NCBI GenBank assembly: GCA_030141605.1
Contig: JAQGDQ010000565.1
Coordinates: forward strand, 62,001 to 126,000
Reading direction: 5' to 3'
Source of the DNA: Tubiluchus corallicola
Lineage: Eukaryota; Animalia; Priapulida
DNA: 64,000 nucleotides
Positions within the stretch are counted from its first letter, which is position 1; each line of letters opens with the position of its first letter. Under the pieces are notes generated by a model. That model ran no database searches. It saw only the letters and a program-made list of their open reading frames with translations, and was not told the DNA's origin. Shown here piece by piece: positions 49,465-64,000 of this stretch. The position numbers and the translations under genes are program-made.

Positions 49465-50232
49465 GGACTTATTAATAAAAGAAAGTTTATCTATGTACCC
49501 TAATAAGCCTTCTCTTAATGTACAAACCAGTTCAATTCCTTTAACTTTATTTTCAAACACTTAGCTATTTGTTACTGTATTGATTTCTTTTCTTCAGGTC
49601 TGCTTATTTGGCTTTTGTAAATACATAATTAGTGCTTAAGTTACTGTATCAATTTCTTTACTGGTCTGTTTAATCACTACCTATTTGGCTTTCGTAAATA
49701 CATAATTAGTGCTTAAGTTACTGTATCAATTTCTTTACTGGTCTGTTTAATCATTACCTATTTGGCTTTTGTAAATACATAATTAGTGCTTAAGTTACTG
49801 TATCAATTTCTTTACTGGTCTGTTTAATCATTAACTATCAGCAGCCTGTCTAAACGTTTGACATGGTTTAATAAACTTTTACTAAACTCGTGGTGTTTTT
49901 ACTGTAAATTAAAGCGTCTTCGTAAAACTCACGCCATTTTCCACATTCGCATGTTTTTCTGGAATGGTTTTGATCCGCCAAGCAGCGCCACCAACGCCTG
50001 CAGTTGAAACTGTCTTGTTTATTACCGGAATACTGCTGCGCATTTTCTACAGTTCCGTTTCTTGAATAAATAATCACTGTGGTCAGCGGCAACCACAGTT
50101 TTCTTCGTGTAAAATCTCTCCTGCATTTGGTTCTTGTTGTTGTAGCAGAGTCTAAAGCTGGTAGGGTTGGCTTCTACGGACTTATCAGTCCGGGGGCGTA
50201 TCCAAGACTTTACGACGCCCTAGGCTGATAGA

Positions 50233-50717
50233 CAGGCTGCATAAGATTATGGATATCCATAAAATAAGACCAAAAATCCACAAAATAAAATTTGAAAAAT
50301 CCATAAAATAAGAAATGCATAAAACAAAAAATTTTTTTTGTGATTTTTTGTACAAAATAAGGCAATCAAAACTGAATACAGGCATTGGATCGGAAACTTC
50401 AGCCTAGAGGGCATTCTACATTCGTACCAAATAGATGAATTATTTGAACTGAAGTGATGAATTACAGGGCATTGTCTCGTAAAATTTGATTAAATTTGAA
50501 GTGATATGAAACCGATAAAATTAAAACTAAGTCCTGCGTGTTTAAAAACACGTTTCAAGCATCCTGTTTTTACTTTTTAATTGATTTCCCCCTGGGCATC
50601 TCGTTCCAGATATAGTCTATTTCTTATTTTATTGATATCTATAAAATAAAATTTCAAAAATCCATAAAATAAGCCATTTTATTTATTTTATACATATCCA
50701 TAATCTTATGCACCCTG
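50233..50717. mobile_element. hAT-like MITE with 8-bp TSD CTGATAGA, nested in another hAT-like element (about 50190-51110)
   Basis: TIRs caggctgcataagattatggat / atccataatcttatgcaccctg; ctgataga at 50225-50232 and 50718-50725. Host ends ggggcgtat...atacgcccctg. Confidence 0.8.
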
Positions 50718-51382
50718 CTGATAGATCTCTCCCGCCCATCTATATTGTGAATTTATGGTTGCTTATGTAATAAGCAGATTAAATAATTGCTTGTGGTGTG
50801 TTAGAAATACTATCAACCTAGTTTCTACGTGGTCATTATTAATTACATGTATTTGCATAGTGCTTATATTCAAGCACGCTGCGCAACTACTTGCTGTGTA
50901 ATACCTTGCACCTGTTCGTTATGTGGCAATTATATAAAAGCTGATGTCAGTAAACTTCTTGTGGTGTGTTATAAAATGCGCTCTCTACACGAATGTGAAA
51001 GTATATGCACATTTTCCGAGGAGAATAAGAATTTTTTGTAAACTGTGACGCCCTCAAAGTTCGCAGCCCTGGGCTACGGCTTAGCTAGCTTATTAGTTAA
51101 TACGCCCCTGTGCGTCACCAAGAATTTACAGTGAATCAACGACTCTGACATACCGCGCGTGCGTGTGCAGGGCGAGAATGTTGAGAAACATGACGTTTGG
51201 CCAGATATCAACGCGTGGGGTGAGATCTGAAATCATATCAACAAGTCGCGCGATACGCCAAGCATATTTGCTTTCTTTTCGCGCCCGTTCCCGCAGCAAT
51301 CTTGACATCAACAATCTCAGTAGATTTGTGAATTCGATTCGGGTTGATTTCTTGCACATTCGCTCAGTAAGTCCCTTTGTCT

Positions 51383-51681
51383 AATGATGATGATGATGAT
51401 GATGATGATGACGATGGTGATGGTGATGATGGTGATGGTGATGGTGATGATGATGGTGATGGTGATGGTGATAATGATAATGATATTGATAATGATAATG
51501 AAAATGGTAATAATAATAGGATCCCTTATAGCCAACCAGGTGATGGTGATGGCGATGGTGATGATGATGGTGATGGTGATAATGATAATGATATTGATAA
51601 TGAAAATGGCAATAATAATAGGATCCCTTATAGCCAACCAGGTGATAATAATGATGATGATGATGATGGTGATGGTGATGG

Positions 51682-51749
<68 letters not shown>

Positions 51750-51793
51750 AATGATAATAGGATCCCTTATAGCCAACCAGGTGATGGTGATGG

Positions 51794-51854
<61 letters not shown>

Positions 51855-51925
51855 ATTGATAATGATAATGATAATGATAATGATAATGGTAATAATAATA
51901 GGATCCCTTATAGCCAACCAGGAAG
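51383..51925. repeat. (GAT/GGT/AAT)n microsatellite punctuated by 4 copies of aataggatcccttatagccaaccagg
   Basis: Visible. Confidence 0.92.
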
Positions 51926-53277
51926 TTTAAAAAAGTACAATTAGTCCGGCTTAACGATTCGCCGTTTAGCGATATTTCGTTTGAACGATGCGGAACATTT
52001 GACACCTTCTTTTCACTTAACGAGGCACGTTTTATTTTAATAATCTTTTTTTTAATTTGCTGAAAGCCAATTTTCATTTTATCAACAACTTTTTTACTTA
52101 ACATGAAGCATTAAAATGGCACATATTGCATCATTCTGTTTTAAAAGTGCAACAGTAACATAAACACTGCAATTATTACACGTTTTTCCTTCTGGACTGA
52201 CTACTATACTGGCTACAATTTCTGTCAAGCGAGATCTGTGAACAAACTTTGTGCGAAGAAATTCTACCTGCAACCTGTTGCTATAGCAACCAGACTACGT
52301 AGTAAATGATACAGTACTCTTGTATGATAAAATTTTCAATGTCGCCACATGCAGCACTTGGCTTTGACTCTGCAGTGCTTATTGTTTAATGGCTGCCCTA
52401 GGCTTAAACCTTAATGAAAGAGAAACCACTAGATAGGTAGGTACGTAGTGGTACGAAAGGTGGGCGATTTCAAGCAAGGAGAAAGAAATTAACTAGAAGA
52501 AACCATAAACAAACTCATCAAACATTTAATTTATACGATTTAAGCAGCATTGATTTTTGCCTTTGGACCGTATCTCAATTCTTTTACATTACTTTCTATG
52601 GAAGTTTTGGTTTTGTTTAACGACGTTTTGCCTAACATCGCATTTTGCTGGAACACATTAGCGTCGTTAAGCGAGGACTTACTGTAGTTTGGTTTGTTTA
52701 ACGACGTTTCACTTAACATCGTGTTTTGCTGGAACATAGCGCCGTTAAGCGAGGACTTACTGTAGTTTGGTTTCAAAATTCAACTGGTTAGGTGCCACCA
52801 TCATAGATTATAAGTTACTAACCAGAAAAATAAAAAGATTAAAAAGACCACCAAAATTCGGAAAACTAACGGCTGGATTTCATACGTCACGGTTCAACAG
52901 CCAGGAAAAAGTTGATCATTAAAAATGATTCACACACAAAATGGCCGCCACAAGCCATCTGTTGCGATTTGACACTAGATTTTTATTTACAAGTCTGAGT
53001 CTATATTTAGTTTATGTCCCTCCTGGCTATATGAAGCCTCTTGAAACCCCATAAATCCCGTTTGACTGGGAGGTTGGTAACTAGGAGGAAGAAACTTGCA
53101 AATGCGCTGAACTATTGCCGCGAACCAGCACTTATTAAACAACAAAGAAGCCTATCGTCTGTAGACCCCATTTTCAATGAAAAATCTCTACTGTTCGTTT
53201 AATTTAGTTTAGTTTATTCCATTTGCCATGAGAAAATCATACATAAATATACGTATTTGGTGAAAATACAAAATAGC

Positions 53278-53500
53278 AAATTAAAGGAAAACAAACAAAG
53301 AAAACAAATTAAAGGAAAACAAATTAAAGGAAAACAAACAAAGAAAACAAATTAAAGGAAAACAAATTAAAGGAAAACAAATTAAAGGAAAACAAACAAA
53401 GAAAACAAATTAAAGGAAAACAAATTAAAGGAAAACAAATCAAAGGAAAACAAATCAAAGGAAAACAAATTAAACGAAAACAAATTAAACGAAAACAAAC
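53278..53500. repeat. ~15-bp A-rich minisatellite (aaattaaaggaaaac)
   Basis: Visible. Confidence 0.9.
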
Positions 53501-54499
53501 GTGTAAATAATAAAGTTGATCAATGGATTATTGGGGTTGTCCAAAAAAACTTACAAAGGTCAGGCCCAATATGGCAAATAGAAAGAATGTGTAGGTGTAA
53601 AAGTAAAATGAGGTTAAGGGGGGAAAGGAGAATTAAAAGTGAAAGGATGTGAAAAATGTAATAAAAAAGTGAAAGAAGAAAAAAACTAAAAATAAAAAAT
53701 TAGATTCACATGAACTAAGAATGTAATAAATGTAAATAAATCAGCAAGGCAACCGCAACTGCGAATGGTGAGAGGAGTCAGATTATGTCCACCCACCTAC
53801 AAAGTTTCTTTTACTTCTTCTTGTTATGGAGTATAGTCCATTCTTGTTCTTCTTTGAGTGCGATTTGAAACATTGGATTAGAGGGCAACACATCAACGTA
53901 AAACGATTGTGAACAGCTCAGTCACATATGTAGGCTTAAATTAGCCAGCCCCACGACGATAAATTCTTTATTAGAAAGGGAAGAGTAAAAGAGGACCTGT
54001 AAAACTATGTTAAAAGCGTTAGATTATGATAGATAATTATGCTGATGAATTCTGGCATGAAGCCCAGTTAAGGTGTGCTGTTGTCGAGTTTCGATTAATT
54101 CTAAATTCATCTGAATCATTGCAATCAGTCTGGTTTAACGTTTGTAAACTAATTTCTACAATGATCTCTGCATTTTTAATACCTTTCATAATAAAGAGTT
54201 TGAGGCCTTCTTTATATTTATAAATACAATGTTCTGATTTTATATAATTAGGTAGATAGTTCTGAATTAACATGGTCCAGAAAATGAAATGAAATGTTTA
54301 GCAACATTCGTACGGAATATGGAAGAAAGTATTGATTATATATATATATATATATATAATGGGGCTACAATGTGAAGACCTACATTATTAACATTTTGAT
54401 GCCGAAAACTTAGTAGCATGTTCACACCGAAAACGGTTGTTTACGCGTTAATTGAACCATTACTGCGTGGATGAAACGCAGTAATGGTTCAATTACCGT

Positions 54500-54750
54500 G
54501 TCAGATTCTACATGGTTTGGCACCTGCATACCTTACTGATCTCTTAACAAATCCCGGACACTTCGTTCTAATGCTAATGAACTAATTCATTTACATCAGC
54601 CAGTTCCAAATACAGTATTCTAAGGTGAAAAAGCTTTTTCTGTCTAAGCTCCGCATCTCTGGAATAACTTGCCTGTTGCTACACGTTCTACAAATTCATT
54701 AGATTGTTTTAGACAACATTTTAAAACACGTTTATTTAAATTATACTTTT
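54500..54750 (+). mobile_element. L2/CR1-type LINE 3' fragment
   Basis: APHLWNNLPVATRSTNSLDCFRQHFKTRLF. Confidence 0.7.
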
Positions 54751-55135
54751 CACGATGAATTATTTTAACGTCTTTCAAATTTTATGTTTTTTATGAATCT
54801 TAAATGCATTCTATTGTTCATCGTGGTGAAATTGTAAATTGTGTAGTTCGCTATAGGAATAAATTTTACATTACGTAAAGGTTACGTTTGCTTGGCTTCT
54901 GTTAACACTTAAAAGGTGCAATGCCTATATAAACTGGTTGGATATTTGCAAAAAATTACCACTGATGGTGACAGCAGTGACCTGTCGAAACGTTTGACAT
55001 GATTTTTAACTATGTAAATTAAAAGTTTTAATAAAGTTGTGGTAGTTTAGTTAACCTATAATTTAGGTCAGTGCAAAGCAAAAGATTAAAACTCATAATT
55101 ATGATAATTTGGTGTAAAAAAATATTAACTTACCG

Positions 55136-55138
<3 letters not shown>

Positions 55139-55208
<70 letters not shown>

Positions 55209-55239
55209 GCTCTCTCTCTCTCTCTCTCTCTCTCTTTCA

Positions 55240-55333
<94 letters not shown>

Positions 55334-55338
55334 CCCCC

Positions 55339-55370
<32 letters not shown>
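55139..55370. repeat. (CT)n microsatellite
   Basis: Visible run. Confidence 0.95.
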
Positions 55371-55371
<1 letters not shown>

Positions 55372-56236
55372 GTAAAAAACATTAACTTACCGAGATTCGT
55401 TCGTCCCGACGGAAAATCAAACCACACGAGTCTATTAGAAGTCTACTAGCACAAACATCTCGTGAACCCACACTGAGCCGTAACACAACACGTATGGCTT
55501 ATACCATTACATCTTGAGGGGGAGGTGAAGCACTCAGTGTACGTGGAGGTTAAGAACCTTTTCCATGTGCAGTCAGGGGCGCATCGAGACTTTACGACGC
55601 TCTAAGGCGATAGGCCAGTTAAGTTACTAACTGACGACGACGATGATGATGAAGATGACGACGACGATGACGATGATGATGATAACGACGACGATGACGA
55701 TAATGATGAAAAATCTTTTATTGAAAATCAATATATATTTACAGAGGTGCCTCTGTAGTTTAGTAGTTTAACTTTGATTAGTTACTGTTAGCTGAGTTAA
55801 ATAACATGATTACATTTTAACAAAATTCTATCATCTTTATCAGTTGTTTAACAAAATAAATAAATAACATCGCCTGTCATTCGCTTCCCTTCTGCAGCTG
55901 ATTAAACTCTAATGAATTTTAAACATTTTCATAATGCGAAATTGTGTTTCGAGACAGAAGGATGCCAACAATCAACAACAATATTCACTTACAGTTTAAG
56001 ATTGGGACCGGTTTTGCATAAATAGAGAAAGATTTTAAATAATTAGCTGATGTGAATGCATGTAGCAGTTGCCAGCTCGTTTGTGCCAACAAGGATTTTT
56101 GGGCTAAATGCAGCTTGCTAACAAGGAGTTTCCCTCCGGGTCTGACCTTGTTCTATTACTTGTAAAATAAAGTTCGTTAACCAGTAAGTATTACTACTGC
56201 TTAGAAGTTTTGTATCTTTTGTCTGCTGTGTCACAA

Positions 56237-59175
<2,939 letters not shown>

Positions 59176-61479
59176 TCTATGTTACAATGAAGTGAATTAG
59201 CAGAATTGGTCATCGTGTTAATAACAAGCTGCGGCTGCCAGGCACTGGCCTGCTGCATCACCACTACTGCATAGCTGGCATTTCACAGCTATTTTGCCTT
59301 CTTTCTTTTCCGCTTCAGTGATCATTAGAGAATACTAAACATTATGGTACATCGGCTAGGCATCGCATGCCTAATGACATAATTAGTACAATCTTCAATT
59401 ACTGAGATTTTTTGAGTAAAAAGCTGAACCTTCCCGATCTAAAGACTGTGAAAAAGACTGATAGAGCAGTAATAGCAACAGCAATATGCAAAGACACGAG
59501 AACTTTATTTGCTTTTAATCAGAGTTCTTGCAGTTTTATGTCTGATTTTTTACCTGTTTCAAAAAAGGAAAGATCGGATATCAGTAGTCGGCTCATTTTC
59601 CCCCTATTAGCATCACTCATAGCAGAATTTCATGGAACCATTCACTAGGGCCTAAGGACGAGGTGGCCGAGGTTTGAGAATCGGAACAGCAATAATATGA
59701 AATAAACAAAATATTAAAAAATAAGTAAGATAGATGTAACAACATATATAATAACAATTATGCATTTGGTTGCATTTACTCATAAATCTCATTTGCAGGG
59801 CTTCCTGCTTATGGCTTGTCTTATTCTTTCTTTAACGAATGAAAAAGAAAGACGTGACTCGTGTGATGTATGTGACATGCATCAGGTACACTTGTGACTT
59901 GCATAACCATCCTTTGCTTGAAGTGAACAGAATAACAAAATGTACATGGACTCCAGAACTTTACCCTGACACAACTTGTCCATCTTCCACAGTTATCCTG
60001 CAGTTATAACAGTATAAGTGGTCTTGTTAGAGTCAGATAGTGAGATTATTTCAGTTATTGGTGTACGTGTTTATTATGCGATTTTTAACGGAAAGTGATT
60101 AATGTCCAAAGAACTATGCTAAACCAACTAGGATAACTATCCATATCACAAGAGGGTAGGTATGAGAACTCTCTACTAGAAAGCGAATATGAATCGACAT
60201 GAATTCGTGATTTTCGATATCTAATCACAAATAAAAACAGTCCCACAAAGGTGACGCGTATTACATGCGTTATTGGTGAGAACACTAATAATTTGTTTAA
60301 AAAAGCGCACAGATACCACGTGCTCAATTTTGCACGCGAGCGTCCGACGATCAGTCGATCACCCATTAGTAATGATTAGGTTGTCACTTTCAGCTCCATG
60401 CGCTAGTCGCGGTGAATTCTGCATTGGATTTCGACAGTCAAGCTGTCGTCTTTTGCATGCAATGACTGTAGATCGCCGCGCAGGCGCTCTTAGCAGACAA
60501 CGGTACTGAGCCGGTAATAACACATGGTAAATAGATTATTTTCTCTTCGTATATTATAATGTCGGTTTTTTAGTGGTACAAGGTTCATATTAAGGTTTGC
60601 ACACTGTTCAAGTGTTTGGTCTGCTATGTGGTGCGACGTGATAAGTGTATCACCGGCATCGTTGTCAACAGTCATAGTATAGCATTAAAGTTTTTTGTTA
60701 AACCTGCTGCTGTATTCTCAAGCATCGTTGTTGGAACAGAATTAATTTCCGTTTCTTTGTTACTACAAAAAGTCTTCAAAGTTAACTTTTAGTTAAACCG
60801 ACTGGATAGAATCGCACATTTAATTTTTTCGTGCGGGTACACATTCTGCTATACTGGTAGTTCGCTTGATGATTTTGGCTTGGTATTATACTTATAATTT
60901 TGTAAGAATTGTCTAAATTCTCTACGCAAGAAATGTGCACAGATAATTCGTCTTGCAATAATCCTGCGTGCAAGTAAGTATAAACCTAAAAACTTATTTG
61001 AGCACTCAATTTACTGTTCGTAAGAATGTAACGTAGACCTAAACATTTCTCATGATTTTTCATTTCCTCGGTCATCATCGTCATCATCATAATATCATTA
61101 TCGTGGTCATTGTCGTCGTTATCATTATCACCTCTTGTGCCTTTCGTCTTTTATGCGATCAATAGTGATTATACATTATTTGGTAAGATCGCATGGTTTT
61201 TACCTTATACGTACTGTACAACCAGGAAATGAGGCAAGTTAACATGCGGTCCGTGTAACCGGCAGAACAAATATTCACTCCTTCCTGTGCATTTATTCAG
61301 GCCTGGTGAACGTTTAATGCCCATCCATGTCCGTTTAGCTGCTTTAGTACTTGAGTCTCCAACATAAATTTCTCTACGTACATAGCTATTTATTGAAGCT
61401 TCACAGCAAAGCAGCCTGGCGCTAGGCAACTAAAGAGCAGTTACATGTACTTTGAACTCTATTTTTATAACTCAAACAT

Positions 61480-61940
61480 AGAATAAAACGAATCAGAACA
61501 GAACAGAATGCTAAGAACAGAAGGCAGAACAGAACAGATTACATGAGAACATTACAGAACCAAAACAGAAAGCAGAGCGGAGCAGATGAGAACGAAACAG
61601 AACCAAACAGAACAGAACAGAATCGACCAGAACAGAGTAGAACAGAAAGCAGAACAGACAGAATGGCACAGAACTGAGTGGAAGAGAATGGAACAGAACA
61701 GAATTCAACAGGACTAAATCGAACAAAACGAACAGAACAAAACAAAACAAAGCAGAACAGAAGAGAACCAAACAGAACAGAACAGATGAGACCACAATAG
61801 ATACAAGAACACAACAGAACAGAACAGAATTCAATAGGACAAAATCGAGCAGAACAGAACAGAACAGAACAGAACAGATGAGACCAGAACAGATACAAGA
61901 ACAGTGCAGAACAGAAAGCAAAACAGAACAGGACAGAATA
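61480..61940. repeat. (AGAAC)n degenerate microsatellite
   Basis: Visible. Confidence 0.9.
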
Positions 61941-62274
61941 GGAGATATTAGGTAGTAAGTAGGCGCTATCAAATGATCTTTCATAACGATTGTTATAGTT
62001 TTTAACAATTGTATCAGCGGCTTTGTAAAAACAGTTGTGAATTGATCGATAAAACCAATTTACCCACCAAGCTAATTGCTTAGTAATTTTAGTGTGAAAT
62101 CTTGTAATAAACTTGCTAATTAACAGAGCAAATGCTTCATCGCTGCAATCGCGCTTTTAAAAGAAGCCATGCATTAGTTTCACTTCACTGAACGTCGTGT
62201 GGCTTCAGCAAACATGTCACATCACCCGGGGGGACAGCCACTTGTATCACAAGTAACACAAAATAGTCGATACT

Positions 62275-62340
62275 TCACCGCGGGAGAGATAGCGTGCTCG
62301 CTTTGCCAGTCGTAGGCCGTGGGTTCGACTCCCGATTTGA
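62275..62340 (+). mobile_element. tRNA-derived SINE-like head
   Basis: B-box gggttcgactccc with a degenerate upstream A-box; no full cloverleaf. Confidence 0.4.
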
Positions 62341-62902
62341 AAAATAGAACAGTGGTAGCGAAGGAATGGTCGTTTTTTTTTGTCAAGCAGGCAAGCTAAC
62401 TACAACAAAAACAGGGCACTAAGTGTTGCCGACTGTTGCTGATTTTGTTGGCATAGTAACGGCAACGGCAAGTCACCCACATTGGCGACCAGTTAGTTTG
62501 TAAGCATCTAGTGTGGTAATAGTTTGGGCAGAGTGACTTTTCAATTGATTTTGAGATTATCAATGCTTGGAAGTATTGGGAAATGTTTGTGTAAGTGGTT
62601 ACAGCTTGTGCTTAGTGAGTGTAGTGGCTGAAGTTAAGTGGTGTTGAGCATTGTCAGTAGTTGGATTAGTGGCCACCAGTAAAACTGAGCACTGGGCAGT
62701 TTCATCTCTGGTTGTTTCTCTTATTAAGGAAAGATCTATAGTCAACCAATGTGGCTATCAGGTACGTCTCAGCTTCACCACAGGGTGCAGTGCCTCAATT
62801 TTGGTTCTATCACAACAGCCTACATTCTGTAAAAGCCCTACTGTGCTGATGGGAAACGAGATTGCCCGTTTTAATGTTAATGCATTTTAAATATCAAATA
62901 AT

Positions 62903-63325
<423 letters not shown>

Positions 63326-64000
63326 AGTTAATAACAAGCTAGCCTTCGTCAACGTTTATAACAGTTGACATACTTCTTTACCAGGCACTAAGGTCAAGAT
63401 AAAGACTCATTGACACTCACACTTTCAGCTATAATTGATGCGAATGGCTTTCTAAAAATGAAATTTCCGGAGCGCGTGGCAATTTCTGCTAATCACTTCA
63501 CTCCATTATGTTTTGCTTGACACTCTGGCATTATTTCTTGCTGATTTTGACGTAAGCGTGACGTCACCGACCCACGATTTTCCTTTTTTCTCCATTGAGT
63601 CTTGAAGAGAGAACATTTTTCAACTTAATACATTCTCTCAGTCTACGTTTCGCTAATGAGACTACGACCATTGTCTAAGACTTTTTGGTTTTTTAGGGAC
63701 ACTCAATGCAGCGTGTTTTGTCCCCATTGAATACCTTTCCACCCGAATAGGCTTTCGTTTCAGAACTGTACCATTCAGTACTATTCCGTTACTTTGCAAA
63801 TGTTGCATAACAAACAATTTTAATGACGCTGATACGTGCGCATTGCCACGAAGTTTAGCGGGGCATAATAGGCCCATGCGTATCGCATGATTTCCACGTG
63901 AAGTTGGTTGCTATTTGCGTAAGGCCAAGCACAAATACAACCGTTCCGATTTCGTATACATTTGGAAATTTTATGCGGCTTTGAGGCGGAAATTTGACCC

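Noticed and set aside
51153-51380. Possible minus-strand exon (AG...GTATGT)
   Set aside because: No recognisable protein or partner exon; it could be a UTR exon but cannot be supported from sequence alone.
51500-51925. CRISPR-like repeat/spacer look (also 30794-31106)
   Set aside because: Spacers are simple microsatellite, the context is eukaryotic, and there are no cas genes.

Overview
AT-rich, repeat-dense eukaryotic (animal, probably marine invertebrate) genomic DNA. Four protein-coding genes can be assembled by hand with GT-AG introns and consistent phases. (1) A 4-exon POMK/SGK196-like secretory-pathway kinase (minus, 9063-5045). (2) A 4-exon secreted short pentraxin (plus, 14866-19899). 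(3) A single-coding-exon RING-Bbox-Bbox-coiled-coil TRIM protein with a TQT-motif-rich tail (minus, 33022-31412). (4) A 3-exon B4GAT1-like GT49 glycosyltransferase (plus, 56237-59175). Mobile DNA includes a near-intact Gmr1-like Gypsy LTR retrotransposon (PR-IN-RT-RH order, SCAN-like gag, tRNA-Leu PBS) inserted in a 68-bp satellite, a Tc1/IS630-like element interrupted by its own inverted MITE derivative, a second Tc1 relic with a 63-bp internal expansion, Helitron-like termini bracketing the POMK-like gene, hAT- and Kolobok-like MITEs, Penelope-type hammerhead-like motifs, LINE remnants and many micro/minisatellites. Most ORFs in the supplied track are microsatellite or antisense artefacts. 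All family assignments rest on motif recognition by eye; no searches were run.
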